A stretch of DNA of 63,664 nt, filler included, from Octopus bimaculoides (taxonomy: Eukaryota): NCBI RefSeq assembly GCF_001194135.2. It is 6 parts of 6 records of this genome, joined end to end, with 100 filler letters (N's around TTAATTAATTAA, not from the genome) between each part and the next. Parts side by side here need not be neighbours in the genome. Positions count along the whole stretch, not along the records: positions 1 to 8,350 come from NC_068991.1; positions 8,451 to 26,318 come from NC_069005.1; 4 more parts are not named here. One strand, written 5' to 3'. Of this stretch, positions 1-11,750 are shown in pieces. The position numbers and the translations under genes are program-made. Below the pieces are notes generated by a model. The model searched no databases and was not told the origin of the DNA. It was given only the letters and a program-made list of their open reading frames with translations. The first letter of the stretch is position 1; each line of letters begins with the position of its first letter.

Positions 1-232
1 TTCCCACCCAATGCGGGCTCTATCGACAGCTAAGTGGAATTGGTTATTCGGCCATTAAAGTGTCTTCATCGCGCACACAGCCTATTATTAGAGTCAGTAT
101 TTCTTAATGAAAGTGGCGAGTGATTGCTGCAGGACTAGAAATAAATTTTGGGGCGAATCGAATACGATTGTTCCTGGTTCGATCTGCGGCTGTTGCTATT
201 GACGGCCGCAGATCATGTATGTAACAGATATA

Positions 233-2650
233 TCTTTCTATTATAGGCACAAGGCCTAAAATTTGTCGGGAAGGAACTAGGTGATTAGATCAACCCTACT
301 GTTCAGCATCTACTTATTTTATCGATCCCAAAAGGACGGAAAGCAAAGTGGACCTCTTTGGAATTTGAAGTCAGAACGTAAAGCAGGAAGAAATGCCGCG
401 AAACATTTTATCCATCCTGCTGACAAATCTGGCAGCTCGCCACCTAAAATGTAACTGATATAAAAATGTCTAACAAACTGGTACAACGTCAGACATTTTG
501 AGGGAGGGTACTTAAACCGACTAAATTACCCCTAAGGGCTTGATAGTTTATTCTTTATTTTATGAACAGCGGGAGAAGAACTGAAAACTAAGATATCAGC
601 GGAATTAAAAAAAAAAAATAAACAGAACAGAAAGTGTTATAAATTACACAACGCATTTTGTTCGATGCACTAACGCGTCTCTCAATCACCATCTTCCGTG
701 GGCACCAGCAAATTGGAATTTTTGTATCTTCAGTCTGATGCGTCAAATGTGTAAGAGAAATTATGACTTATCGAATAAACTCTAGTCTAATAATGGTTTC
801 GAATTTTGGGGCAAGGCCAGAAAGAGAAGGGTTAATCGATTATATCGGCCCCAGTATTTAACTGGTACTTTATTTTATCGATCCCGAGAAGATGATATGC
901 AAAATTGACCTAGGCAGGTTTTGAGCTTTGTGAATAAAAAGCCAGAAGAATTCAACTAAGCATTTTGCCTGATGCGTTAACTTCTGTCAGTTCGTCGCCT
1001 TGCTCTTGTATAATACTTCTTGTTAATTTTGGTAAAATCCCAGCAATTTTGAGGAGAGTGAGATGAGTCGATTACATCACACCCACTGCTCAACTGCTAT
1101 TTATTTTATCGATCTCGAAAGGATGAAAGGCGAAATTAGTCTCGGCGGATATTAAACGCAGAGGAGGAAGAAGAAATGCGGTTAAACATTTTGTCCAGCG
1201 TGGTGACGATTATACCAGCTCACCGATTAACTCTAGTAACACGATGGTTTCAAATCTTGACAGAAGGCCAGCAATCTTTTAGAGAAGCGGGTTCGTTGAT
1301 TACATTGACTCGAGAGCTCTACTGGTGCTTATTTTATCGACTCCGAAAGGATGAAATATAAAGTTGACCTCGATAGACTTTGAACTCAGAACGTAAGAGC
1401 TGAAACAAATGCCATTAGGCGTTTTCTCCGATGCGCTGACGATGCTACCAGCTCGCTGTCCTCAACTCTAGTAGAATAATCGGATCTATTTTAAAACGGG
1501 GGCCACGTTTTTCATTAACGAAACACTTTGAAACTTGGAACACTGGTAGAATGTGTCATATAAAATATCTTTTTCTCTTAGTCTTCTTAAAAAAAAAAGA
1601 AATCCCTAAGTTATTCCATGTTAAAGTTGTCGTATTTCTGTAATTTCAACCAATCACTGACGTCCATTCAGCCGATATACATTAAGTGCCGACTACATAA
1701 ACAAACGATTCTGAAACAATTCTATCGGTGATAGGGTTAGGGTTAGAGTTAGGGTAAAACAGCAAATTTAAAAAGAAAAAAGCAAATAAAACGAAGNNNN
1801 NNNNNNNNNNNNNNNNNNNNNNNNNNNNGATCTGTTCTATAACACAAAATAGATAAGTATACGAAGTTTGAAAGTCTTTCGGTACCAAAAACACTACGTA
1901 AAACATTAATGAAAAATGTGGCCCCCGTTTTAAAAAAGATCCGAATAATCTACTTCAGGAACAAAGCCTAAAATTTTAAAGCGGCGTGGAGCTTTGCGGG
2001 CTAATCGATCACATGGATTCCAGTGCTAAATTGGTACTTATTTTATCGTCCCTGAATGGATGAAAGGTAAAATCGATCTCGGCATAATTTGAACTCACAA
2101 AGTAAAGACGGACGAATTGCAGCTGAGCATCCCCCCCCCNNNNNNNNNNNNNNNNNNNNNNNNNCCCCCCAGCGTGTTAACGTTTCTACCAGTTCGTCGT
2201 CTTCAGCTCTACAACAAAAAGGATTTAAAAAAAAGGAGAAGTACAGTGCTATTTACTACAAGCAGCAGATTTCATAACACAAACCTCGGGATCACAATAC
2301 AGACAAGTTCTAATAACCTTTCTACTATAGGCATAATGCCTGAAATTTTGGTGCAGGAGACTAGTCGATTACATCGACCCAGTGTATCACTGATACTTAA
2401 TTTATCGATTCCAAAACATGAAAGGCAAAGTCGACCTCGGCGGAATTTGAACTCAGAACGTATCGGCGGGCGAAATATCGCTAAGCATTTCGTCCAGCGT
2501 GCTAGCGATTCTGCTAGCTCGCTTGCCTTAGAAATAAGTTCTAATAACAAAATATCTACTTCTAATAGAGGCTGAAGGCCACAATTGGCATTTTTAGGAA
2601 GGGTTATACTTGTGTACATCGATTATTACTTGACTAATTCTTATTTCATC
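233..2650 (-). mobile_element. Cluster of about 8 head-to-tail tRNA-derived SINE copies ('family B')
   Basis: Minus-strand copies at about 233-445, 478-692, 791-1001, 1019-1228, 1243-1462, 1953-2205, 2320-2528 and 2567-2650 (partial). Most share ttattttatcgatc.cgaaaggatgaaagg.aaagtcgacctcggc.gaatttgaactcagaacg, the reverse complement of the intact copy at 42049-42258. Confidence 0.85.
1482..1942. mobile_element. Non-autonomous DNA transposon (Merlin-like MITE), copy 1, with internal TTAGGG repeats
   Basis: The 37-bp TIR GGATCTATTTTAAAACGGGGGCCACGTTTTTCATTAA matches the reverse complement of the right end with 2 mismatches. Perfect 8-bp TSD GAATAATC at 1474-1481 and 1943-1950. TTAGGG-type repeats at 1731-1755. 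The centre is gapped (1797-1828). Confidence 0.9.
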
Positions 2651-2873
2651 GTTATGTCTTTTACCTTTTGCATGACTCAGTCATTGGGCTGCAGCCATGC
2701 TGGAATGAAGACAGGCAGCAGTTTTGAGGGGAGAGGACAAGTTGATTATAGTGAGGTTTGTAACCGGAATGCAAAAGGCCGAGAAGAAATACTTTAAGGT
2801 TTTTTATTTGAAGCTTTCCGATAGAAATATGTTTTTGTTATTAATGTTCCACTTTTGATTTTCTTTTTATATT

Positions 2874-3332
2874 TGCACAGTGTCTGTGGTTAAGAAGTTT
2901 GCTGTGCAACGAGATGGTTCTGGGTTCAGTTCCACTATGCGGCACCTTGGACAAGTGTCCTCTACTGTAGCCACGAGACAACCAATGCCTTGTGAGTGGA
3001 TTTTGTGGACGGAAACTGAAACAAGCCCTTCGTATATATGTGTATGTGTATGTGTATGTGTGTATATGTATGCATGCATGTATGTGTGAACATATGCATG
3101 TATGCGCATATGTATGTATGTGTGTGTGTGTGAATTTATCTCCCCACCGATTACTTGACAGCTGGTATTTGCTTTAAGGTCTTCGTAACTTAGAGATTCT
3201 GCAAAACCGGTAGAATAAGTTTTTGACATTTTTTCAGAAAACTCAGAGTAACGGGGTCGATTTCTTCGACTGACCGTTACAGGATGGCGCTGCAGCATGG
3301 CCACATTCTAATGACTGAAACAAGTAAAAGAT
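2874..3332 (+). mobile_element. tRNA-derived SINE 'family A' with internal microsatellite (diverged)
   Basis: tgtggttaagaag...gggttcagttccact...accttggacaagtgtc (CORE-like), then (TA/TG)n, then tail gcagcatggccacattctaatgactgaaacaagtaaaaga. Same layout as the copy at 18297-18691. Confidence 0.85.
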
Positions 3333-3417
3333 ATAACGATTACTGTCCAAGACAGAATGCAATATAGTTTTTCCAGAAAAATACAGAGCCAAATGTATCA
3401 ACCGCAGTACGTTAAAG

Positions 3418-3760
3418 GTGGCCTGGCCTGGCCTGGTTCTCCGTCGGTTACGACGACGAATATTTCAGCTGCTCTGATAAACGGAATAGCCTGCTCGTGA
3501 AATTAACATGCAAGTGGCTGAGCACTCCACAGACAATTTGCGTACCCTTAACGCAGTTCTCGGGGAGATTCAGCGATTCACAGAATGTGACAAGGCTAGG
3601 CCTTACGAATACAGATACGACTCATTTTTGCCAACTGAGTGGACTGCAGCAACGTGAAGTAAAGTGTCTTGCTCAAGGACACAAAACGCTGCCAGGAATC
3701 GAAATCACGACCTTACGATCCTGAGCCGAATACCCAAACCAGTAAGCCACGCGCCCTCAA
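3418..3760 (-). mobile_element. tRNA-derived CORE-like SINE 'family D'
   Basis: The minus strand reads a tRNA-like head (gcgcgtggcttactgg...gatttcgattcctggcagc), a CORE-like gtgtccttgagcaagacacttta, and a body shared with 28108-28420. Confidence 0.8.
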
Positions 3761-3989
3761 ATCGAACGTTTTTATATAATATCAGGACGACGAAAGACAA
3801 ATTCGATCAGGGTTAGGAGTTGAACCCCACCCCAACCCCATCAAATTTATTATGCTGCTGCTCCAGAATGTAAATCATTTCATCTTATCATTCTACACGC
3901 TTCATTTGATTCATACGACCTTCAAGTGTCTTTTCATTTTGTATTCCATATCTATATCCTCCTTAATTTTTTTCGGACGCCATCTTTTT

Positions 3990-3993
3990 GCTC

Positions 3994-4038
<45 letters not shown>

Positions 4039-4301
4039 CCTACCTATCTCTCTACCTATCTCTCTGTCTGTCTGTCCATCTGTCTGCTCATCTGTCTGTC
4101 TGTCTGTCAGTCTATCTAACTATCCAGCCATTTGTCTGTCTGTCGGTCTATTAATCTGTCTCTCAGTACAGTAAGTGCTTTCTGTTTGTGTGTATATGCG
4201 TGTGTGTGTGTGTGTGTGTGTATGTGTGTGTGCGTGTGTGCCTGGGCGCATAGATTTGTAGATATGTGTGTGTATGAAGTACATACATATATATTAATAT
4301 A

Positions 4302-4336
<35 letters not shown>

Positions 4337-6407
4337 NNNNNNNNNNNNNNNNNNNNNNNNNNNNNNNNNNNNNNNNNNNNNNNNNNNNNNNNNNNNNNNN
4401 NNNNNNNNNNNNNNNNNNNNNNNNNNNNNNNNNNNNNNNNNNNNNNNNNNNNNNNNNNNNNNNNNNNNNNNNNNNNNNNNNNNNNNNNNNNNNNNNNNNN
4501 NNNNNNNNNNNNNNNNNNNNNNNNNNNNNNNNNNNNNNNNNNNNNNNNNNNNNNNNNNNNNNNNNNNNNNNNNNNNNNNNNNNNNNNNNNNNNNNNNNNN
4601 NNNNNNNNNNNNNNNNNNNNNNNNNNNNNNNNNNNNNNNNNNNNNNNNNNNNNNNNNNNNNNNNNNNNNNNNNNNNNNNNNNNNNNNNNNNNNNNNNNNN
4701 NNNNNNNNNNNNNNNNNNNNNNNNNNNNNNNNNNNNNNNNNNNNNNNNNNNNNNNNNNNNNNNNNNNNNNNNNNNNNNNNNNNNNNNNNNNNNNNNNNNN
4801 NNNNNNNNNNNNNNNNNNNNNNNNNNNNNNNNNNNNNNNNNNNNNNNNNNNNNNNNNNNNNNNNNNNNNNNNNNNNNNNNNNNNNNNNNNNNNNNNNNNN
4901 NNNNNNNNNNNNNNNNNNNNNNNNNNNNNNNNNNNNNNNNNNNNNNNNNNNNNNNNNNNNNNNNNNNNNNNNNNNNNNNNNNNNNNNNNNNNNNNNNNNN
5001 NNNNNNNNNNNNNNNNNNNNNNNNNNNNNNNNNNNNNNNNNNNNNNNNNNNNNNNNNNNNNNNNNNNNNNNNNNNNNNNNNNNNNNNNNNNNNNNNNNNN
5101 NNNNNNNNNNNNNNNNNNNNNNNNNNNNNNNNNNNNNNNNNNNNNNNNNNNNNNNNNNNNNNNNNNNNNNNNNNNNNNNNNNNNNNNNNNNNNNNNNNNN
5201 NNNNNNNNNNNNNNNNNNNNNNNNNNNNNNNNNNNNNNNNNNNNNNNNNNNNNNNNNNNNNTCTCACTCAATCACACTCTCATTCACTCATATGTGTGCG
5301 TGTATGTACATATATGTGTGTGTGTGCGTGAGTGTGTGTGAGCATGTTTGTGCATGTGTGTGTATATGTGCGTGCCTGTATGTGTGTGTGTGTGTGTGTG
5401 AGTGCGTATGTGCATACGTGCGTGTATATATGTCCCTCTGGTTGGAAATATCTATTACAGTTTGTTGCTATTTTTATACAGTCGTATCTAAGAGGGAAAC
5501 GCCCTGTAACAACAGCACTGTCGCATTTCAGCTGACGGTTACAACTAACAAGTCTCATAATCTCCACGGCTGCTCTCTAAGGCGCATACATATAAATATT
5601 CATGCATGCATACATACACACATACCAACATGCATGCATACATATATATANNNNNNNNNNNNNNNNNNNNNNNNNNNNNNNNNNNNNNNNNNNNNNNNNN
5701 NNNNNNNNNNNNNNNNNNNNNNNNNNNNNNNNNNNNNNNNNNNNNNNNNNNNNNNNNNNNNNNNNNNNNNNNNNNNNNNNNNNNNNNNNNNNNNNNNNNN
5801 NNNNNNNNNNNNNNNNNNNNNNNNNNNNNNNNNNNNNNNNNNNNNNNNNNNNNNNNNNNNNNNNNNNNNNNNNNNNNNNNNNNNNNNNNNNNNNNNNNNN
5901 NNNNNNNNNNNNNNNNNNNNNAGGTGTGTATGTAAATATATATATATACATATATACACGTATTATTTATATATATACATACATATATACACACACACAC
6001 AAATATGTACACGCAAGTATATATGTAAATATATATGTGTGTATTTATGTATGTATGTAAGTACTATGTACGTACGTATTTATGTATGTACTTATGTACA
6101 TACATACTTACATACATACATACATTCATTCATACATACGCACTATATAAATATGTGTGACAGAGAGAGAGAAGAGAAAGAGATAGAAGGCAGAGAGCGG
6201 GGTAGGGTGAGGACAAAAAAGAGAGAGACAGATAGATAGACAGACACAAAGGCAGAAGAAAGAGTAGACGTTTGTGCTTCCATCGTTTTTGTTCTTAAAT
6301 AGAAAAAGTGTTTGGCATCCAGCAAAGAAATAAAACTCCTTCCTTGAAAATTTAGACAATATCTGCCATGCTACCATATATGTACATATGCATGTGTATA
6401 TGACAAC

Positions 6408-6440
<33 letters not shown>

Positions 6441-6801
6441 TGTATGTATGTATGAATGCATCTATATATGCATTCATGTACGCAATGTACGTATTGTTGT
6501 ATGTGTGTGTGTGTATATATATATATATATGCTTCTATGTATCTCTATATGTATCTATGTATACATGTGTCCCGGCGTACATGCATGTATGTTTGAGTGT
6601 GTGTGTGTACGTAAGTATATATGTATGTATGCATGTGTGTATGTACGTATCTATGTACGTATGCATGTCTGTTGTTCTTATTTGAATTCCTTGTGTAAGA
6701 AAGGAATTGGTTAGTTTCTCACAAAGATACAAAGCTCTATCACTTTCTTTCTCTCTCTCCTTATGAGTGTGTGCGTGTATTTGTGTGTGTATATATATAT
6801 G

Positions 6802-6883
<82 letters not shown>

Positions 6884-8253
6884 TGTGTGTCTGTGTGTGT
6901 GTGTGTGTATGTATGTCTGTATGTATGTATGTCGTTCTTATTTAAATTCTTTGTATAGGAAAGGAACTGGTTTAGTTTCTCACAAAGACACAAACCTCCA
7001 TCGCTGGAATTTGGATAATAAAAACGATAAGGGCCACATGCTGTATTACAGAAACGTGTTGCAAATCTTTGCTCTTCCGCTTACAGCTTGCCTTTGTAAA
7101 GTGCACGTTTACTAGTAACCTACGTTGCCGGAAAACCCTTGCTTTTCAAGATTACTACTTAGACATTTGCTAATACTGCCGGGAACACCAGCCATTATAG
7201 TATAAAACGTCGATTTATTATCTATGCAGATAAGCTGTTGGTTTTCAAGTCGCTCTCAGTAAATATTTTCCGCCATACTGATTTTGAAAGAGATCTCTAC
7301 AGAGCAGCTGACCTCTGTTGCCGTACATATTTTTTCTTCTGTTCCCAAATAGCTTTGTCAATCCTGTTATGTTTGCACTTGGCCGAAGTTCTTATGAATA
7401 TATGTGTGCTTGCAATGCATGTATGTATGTATGTATGTATGTATGTATGTATGTATTATGTATGTATGTATGTATGAATGTATGTATGTATGTATGTATG
7501 TATGTATGAATGTATGTATGTATGCACGTATACATGTATGTATGTATGTATGTATGTATGTACGTACGTGCGTATGTATGAATGTATATATGTATGTATT
7601 AATGTATGCGTGTATGTATGTATGCATAAATGTATGCACGTATGCATGTATGAATGTGTATGCATGCCTGTATGTTTGTATACATGCATGTATGTANNNN
7701 NNNNNNNNNNNNNNNNNNNNNNNNNNNNNNNNNNNNNNNNNNNNNNNNNNNNNNNNNNNNNNNNNNNNNNNNNNNNNNNNNNNNNNNNNNNNNNNNNNNN
7801 NNNNNNNNNNNNNNNNNNNNNNNNNNNNNNNNGTGTATGTACATGTATGTCGGTATGGATGTATATGTATGCATGCATGAATATATTCGTGTATGCATGT
7901 GTGTATATATGTGTGTTTGAGTGTGTGTCTGTATATACAAACACACACAAACACTAACACACAAACATAGATTTAGTATTATGGACTATGTATGTATGTA
8001 CATAGGGGTGGGGTTAAATATATGCATTTCTACACATTTGCATGTGTAGATGTATGCCTACAGTACTGCATGTCATTCCTTACGTGTGCGTTTTCTTTTC
8101 AAACAATGTGTATATTCATGTTTTCTAACGTATGAGTGTATATATAGAATTTATATCTCTCTATCATCTATTTGTCTATCTACTTTCTGTCTGTCTATCC
8201 TTCACTCTCTATATGTGTGTATGCGTGTGTGTATGTGTATATGTCTGTGTATT

Positions 8254-8292
<39 letters not shown>

Positions 8293-8350
8293 ATAATGAT
8301 GGTGGTGGTGGTGGTGATGGTGGTGGTGGTGGTGATGGTGGCGGTGCTTT
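3990..8350. repeat. Compound microsatellite tracts (CTAT, CTGT, GT, AT, ATGT, GGT) interrupted by N gaps
   Basis: Directly visible. These tracts produce the YIYI/CVCV/HTHT pseudo-ORFs in the ORF track. Confidence 0.95.
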
Positions 8351-8394
8351 NNNNNNNNNNNNNNNNNNNNNNNNNNNNNNNNNNNNNNNNNNNN

Positions 8395-8406
8395 TTAATT
8401 AATTAA
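8395..8406. other. Assembly gap spacer TTAATTAATTAA (also 26363-26374, 50568-50579, 52655-52666, 62400-62411)
   Basis: The same palindromic 12-mer, with stops in all six frames, is flanked by exactly 44 N on each side (100 bp total) at five places. Confidence 0.95.
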
Positions 8407-8539
8407 NNNNNNNNNNNNNNNNNNNNNNNNNNNNNNNNNNNNNNNNNNNNGTCATACTAATACATCCTTTTGTTATTTACACCACCTGTCCTCGTCTGTT
8501 GTTTTTTCGTACATTCTCCCATATATATATATATATATA

Positions 8540-8697
8540 TGTACGACGGGCTTCTTTCAGTTTCCGTCTACCAAATCCACTCACAAGGCTTCGGTCGGCC
8601 CGAGACTATAGTAGAAGACACTTGCACTAGGTGCCATGCAGTGGGACTGAACCCGGAGCCATGTGGTTCGTAAGCAAGCTACTTACCACACTGCCAC
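8540..8697 (-). mobile_element. SINE family A, 5' half
   Basis: Reverse complement of gtggc.gtgtggtaagtagcttgctta...gggttcagtcccactgc...gacggaaactgaaagaagcccgtcg. Confidence 0.9.
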
Positions 8698-8793
8698 TAA
8701 GCAAGCTACTTTATTTCATAAATATTTGCCATAAAGGCATTACAAAGAGGGGACGAAGAAGGACAGACAAACATAAAAGGGGTGAAGTAGCTG

Positions 8794-9595
8794 GGATCCT
8801 TCGGATTTGACGGGTACCACTTGTTTTCTTAACGAAACACTTTCAAACTTGGGATACTGGTAGAATGGGTCACATAAAGCATCTTTTTCAAAATTTTTTA
8901 CATCGCAAGTTATTTCATGTTAAAGTTGTCGTATTTCTGTAATTTCAACCAATCACTGACGTCTATTCAGCTGAATATAGTTACTGCTGTTTTTGTAAAC
9001 AATAATTTTTACCGGTGTCAAGAGTGTTATTCCCTGTTTAATTATATCATTATTCCCTAGTAAGGGTTTAGGGTTTTAGGGTTAGGGTTCGGGTTTTAGA
9101 GTTAGGGTTAGGGTTTTAGGGTTGGGGTTAGGGTTATGATTTATAGGGTTTTAGGGTTAGGGTTATGAGTGAGGTTATGGCAAAAATACTCATAACCCTA
9201 ACCCTAAAACCCGAACCCTAAAACCCGAACCCTAAAACCCTAAAGCTAAAACCAGTAAAAACGCACAAACGATGTCATAAATAAGAGTAACACGGGTAGT
9301 TGTTGTTGACAAACTACGGCACTAATTTTATTCAACGGAAAAGATCCCATGACACCGTTAGAACATGTTATTTACATTCCACGGCAGTAATTGTTTTCAC
9401 CTCAATAGACGTCAGTGATTGATTGAAATTACCGAAATACGACAATTTTTTACATGAAATAACTTCGAATACAAAAATTTTTATCTGTTCTATAACACAA
9501 AATATACAAGTATACGAAGTTTGGAAGTGTTTCGGTACCAAAAACACTACATAAAACATTAATGAAAAGTGTTGCCCGGCAAATCAGAAAGATCC
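8794..9595. mobile_element. Merlin-like fold-back MITE, copy 2, with inverted telomeric arrays
   Basis: Termini GGATCC.../...GATCC with 8-bp TSD AGTAGCTG at 8786-8793 and 9596-9603. Imperfect inverted arms of about 270 bp are homologous to 1482-1942. G-rich telomere-like tract at 9063-9170 and C-rich tract at 9188-9253. Confidence 0.9.
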
Positions 9596-9800
9596 AGTAG
9601 CTGTAACCACTAATACGAATGTATTAGACAGTTTTTGTTTAGGATATGGTATCCAATATTTGCTGTGGTTGAACACACAAAACAAACACCACCTTNNNNN
9701 NNNNNNNNNNNNNNNNNNNNNNNNNNNNNNNNNNNNNNNNNNNNNNNNNNNNNNNNNNNNNNNNNNNNNNNNNNNNNNNNNNNNNNNNNNNNNNNNNNNN

Positions 9801-9845
<45 letters not shown>

Positions 9846-10514
9846 GTATATATATGTCTTAAGTTGTAGCTGTAATTCAAAGGGGCCAGCCTTAACATAT
9901 TCTGTGTGAGGCTGAATCTCCCTGAAAACTACATTAATGTTATGCATGTCTGCGGAGTACTCAGTCATTTGTAAGTTAATTTTATCTTCGTGTGCTAATA
10001 AAAAATGAAATTGACATCCAATATTTGTAGTGTATATGTATCCATGTATAAACTTTTCTTTCGGTTTATGTATCTACTGTCTCTCTCACTTTCACCCTTT
10101 CTCTTTGATTTAACAATGTTTATATGTATCTATGTATCTACTTCTCTTGCGATGAACGCTGTCACCACTCACTGTCTCTCTTTCTCTCTCACTTTCTCTC
10201 TCATTCACTCTCTTACTTCCTCTCTCTCGCTTTGCCATTTCTTTGAAGTAAGTGTGATGCACACAGCAGGTACGTACAAAAACAAACAGCGTATTAATAT
10301 TATTGATAAATATGATTCGGCAATAGTTGTGTGATGGTGATTCATCAGGTAGAATGCTCTTAGGCACTTGAGAGATCATTACGCCAATAATAATAATAAA
10401 GACACTCACTCCTTCAATATCACAATATATATATATATATATATATAAGTCAGTAAATAGTGGGGTTGAACACACAAAACAAACACCACCTTCCTTTGAG
10501 TCACAACTCACTCT

Positions 10515-10550
<36 letters not shown>

Positions 10551-10676
10551 GTCTTGAGTTGTAGCTGTAATTCAAAGGGACCAGCCTTAACATATTCTCT
10601 GTGTGTGTGTGTAAAGATTGCCTTTATGATATTAATACCACTTCAACCATTATTAGTTTTACACACACACATATCT

Positions 10677-11259
10677 ATCTGCATGCATGAAGTGGATTCG
10701 ATCCACCATAGCCAAATTTAAATTAACACTGCAACAGAACTTTTCCCACGGTGGAACAATCCAATTGTAAACGGTTGGATTTTATTGTTGTAGCGATGTG
10801 TTTATATGGTGCAACGTCGTGATCGCCAGTTTGTAACGATAACGTTTTTAGTTGAAGTCGAGGGTCACCAATTGTAACGATAAGGTTTTTGTGTAGTTAT
10901 AACGCCATGTTGTAGGATGGAGTTTTAAGAAAGTATTTATTTACCGTTACATTACAATACGTTGCCTCGACGGGCAGGTTATGAAAAATTCAAAAGCATG
11001 CGAAGTAAAGTTTGTGTTTGTGTCCTCTTCAATGTTTAGTAGTAATTACAGAGAGAGATAGAATGATGTTGTAAGAGAACAGAATTAGAGCTAGTGAAAG
11101 TTGTAGGGTGTGAGACATTGTCTCACAGTTGCTGACAGTAAACTTCATTTCTCCCTCTGGCCAAGGTTCTAGCTGGTCAGCCAGACTTCGTTCTCACTGA
11201 GTCGTCAACATGTAACTGGACTAGTATGGTGGATCGAATCCACTTCATGTATGCAAGAT
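10677..11259. mobile_element. Putative MITE with about 35-bp TIRs
   Basis: atctgcatgcatgaagtggattcgatccaccata (10677-10710) is nearly the reverse complement of 11225-11259. No TSD found. Confidence 0.55.
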
Positions 11260-11456
11260 CCACTATGAATTTCTGCCGACCAAATTTACCTCACGAGGCA
11301 CTGGTCATTTAGATTTAATGGAAAATTATGTCTACTTAAGAATACCTGTTATTTGAACGCAAGACCACTTGAACTTGTTTTTAGGCCAGTCATGCGCAGA
11401 AATCTGTTGCACACATTACTTTCGTAGGAAATGCAAAATACAAATAAATACATTAA

Positions 11457-11750
11457 TAGGCGTAGGAGTGGCTGTGTGGTAAGTAGCTGCTTACAAACTG
11501 CATGGTTCCGAGTTCATTCCCACTGCGTGGCACTTTGGGCATGTGTCTTCTACTATACCCTCGGGCCGACCAAAGCCTTGTGAGTGGATTCGGTAGACGG
11601 AAACTGAAAGAATCCCATCGTATATATGTATATATTTGCGTGTCTGTGTTTGTTCCCTCAACATAGCTTGACAACCGATGCTGGTGTGTTTACGCCCCCG
11701 TAACTTAGTGGTTCGGCAAGAGACAGATAGAACAAGTACTAGGCTTACAA
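11457..11750 (+). mobile_element. SINE family A (3' end in gap); further partial copies at 12568-12670 and 13467-13625
   Basis: ggcgtaggagtggctgtgtggtaagtagc...gaaactgaaagaa...tata...ccgatgctggtgtgtttacg...gtaacttag. Confidence 0.9.

Noticed and set aside
4116-6239. Long ORFs of 300-640 aa here and at 11.7, 31.5, 48, 51, 55 and 58.6 kb
   Set aside because: They consist of N-gap X residues and dinucleotide repeats, not coding sequence.
9063-9253. True chromosome-fusion site
   Set aside because: The arrays sit inside an element with an 8-bp TSD and a homologous copy 7 kb away, so transposition explains them better.
10310-10355. CTGATGA...GAAT on the minus strand
   Set aside because: No GAAA box and no helix II pairing.
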